Assembly: GCA_035063585.1 (NCBI GenBank)
Contig: JAPSGB010000005.1
Location: 32,001 to 96,000 of the forward strand
Direction of reading: 5' to 3'
DNA length: 64,000 bases
Source of the DNA: Polyangiaceae bacterium
GTDB taxonomy: Bacteria; Myxococcota_A; Polyangia; Polyangiales; Polyangiaceae
This document shows positions 63,259 to 64,000 of the stretch, one piece after another. A program made the translations under genes and the position numbers. Position 1 is the stretch's first letter. The number at the start of each line of letters is the position of its first letter. The notes below the pieces were generated by a model, which searched no databases, was not told where the DNA came from, and was given only the letters and a program-made list of their open reading frames with translations.

Positions 63259-64000
63259 TCAGTCGGACATGGTGACGCGGAGGATCTCCTCCGGCGTGGT
63301 CATGCCATCGAGCATCTTGCGGATCCCGCTCATACGCAGCGTGGACATCCCTCGCTTGATGGCGGCCGTCTTGAGCTCGGCGGTGGAGGCGCCTTGCAGT
63401 ACCATCTCCTTCAGCTCATCGCCGAAGCGCATGACTTCGTAGAGGGCGATGCGGCCCTTGTAGCCGCTGCCGCTGCAGGTGTTACAGCCTGCGCCCTTCA
63501 GCACCTTCGCGCCCTCGATCGCATCGGCCGGTACCCCCATGTCGAGCAGCGCCGGCGCATCGATCTCGTGCGGGCGCTTGCAGTCGGTGCACACGCGACG
63601 CGCGAGGCGTTGCGCCAGCACCAGGTTCACGCTCGCAGTAATCAGGAACGGCTCCACGCCCATGTTGAGCAGGCGCGAGATGGTCGCGGGCGCGTCGTTG
63701 GTGTGTAGGGTCGAGAGCACGAGGTGGCCGGTGAGCGCCGCCTTCACGCTGATCTCGGCGGTCTCGAAGTCGCGGATCTCTCCCACCATGATGATGTCCG
63801 GGTCCTGCCGGAGGAACGAGCGCAGCGCCATGGCGAAGTTCAGCCCGATCTCGTCGTGCATCTGCACCTGGTTGATGCCCGGGAGGTTGTACTCGACGGG
63901 GTCTTCCGCGGTGCTGATGTTGACGTCCGCCTTGTTGAGATCGCTGAGCGCGGAGTAGAGCGTGGTGGTCTTGCCGGAGCCGGTCGGGCCGGTGACCAGC
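63259..64000 (-). CDS. pilB: Type IV pilus extension ATPase, C-terminal part (truncated by the window edge)
   Basis: [36 protein letters not shown], CxxC...CxxC, GYKGR. Confidence 0.93.
   Translation of the reverse strand, partial: LVTGPTGSGKTTTLYSALSDLNKADVNISTAEDPVEYNLPGINQVQMHDEIGLNFAMALRSFLRQDPDIIMVGEIRDFETAEISVKAALTGHLVLSTLHTNDAPATISRLLNMGVEPFLITASVNLVLAQRLARRVCTDCKRPHEIDAPALLDMGVPADAIEGAKVLKGAGCNTCSGSGYKGRIALYEVMRFGDELKEMVLQGASTAELKTAAIKRGMSTLRMSGIRKMLDGMTTPEEILRVTMSD

Overview
A very GC-rich bacterial chromosome segment. Gene content (type IV pilus pilB/pilT, a roadblock gene ahead of aroQ-accB-accC, an FHA-sigma54 activator, Cys-rich lipoproteins with acidic or Gly-rich linkers) suggests Myxococcota, probably Polyangiales-like; this is an inference. 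About 51 genes, mostly core: B12-dependent methylmalonyl-CoA metabolism (scpA, two meaB, a VOC epimerase), aroQ-accB-accC, gyrA-nth-parC-parE, bamA, def, ribD-nrdR, yceD-rpmF-fabH-fabG-acpP-fabF, HMG-CoA lyase, purF and pilT/pilB. I saw no rRNA, tRNA, CRISPR, phage or transposase. Most notable: (1) an intact aconitase-family protein that has lost all three Fe-S cysteines and its catalytic motifs; (2) an FHA-fused TadA/CpaF-like protein with degenerate Walker motifs, beside a MerR-TPR regulator and three small unknown ORFs; (3) a dispersed 19-27 bp intergenic REP-like motif; (4) an accessory envelope block with a pacifastin/VWC-repeat lipoprotein, cardiolipin synthase, a pentaheme cytochrome lipoprotein and a thioester alpha-2-macroglobulin; (5) six consecutive lipoprotein genes next to a GT-C-like membrane protein. 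All calls come from reading motifs by eye, with no database searches. Several starts were moved from the ORF track to a more plausible downstream codon.
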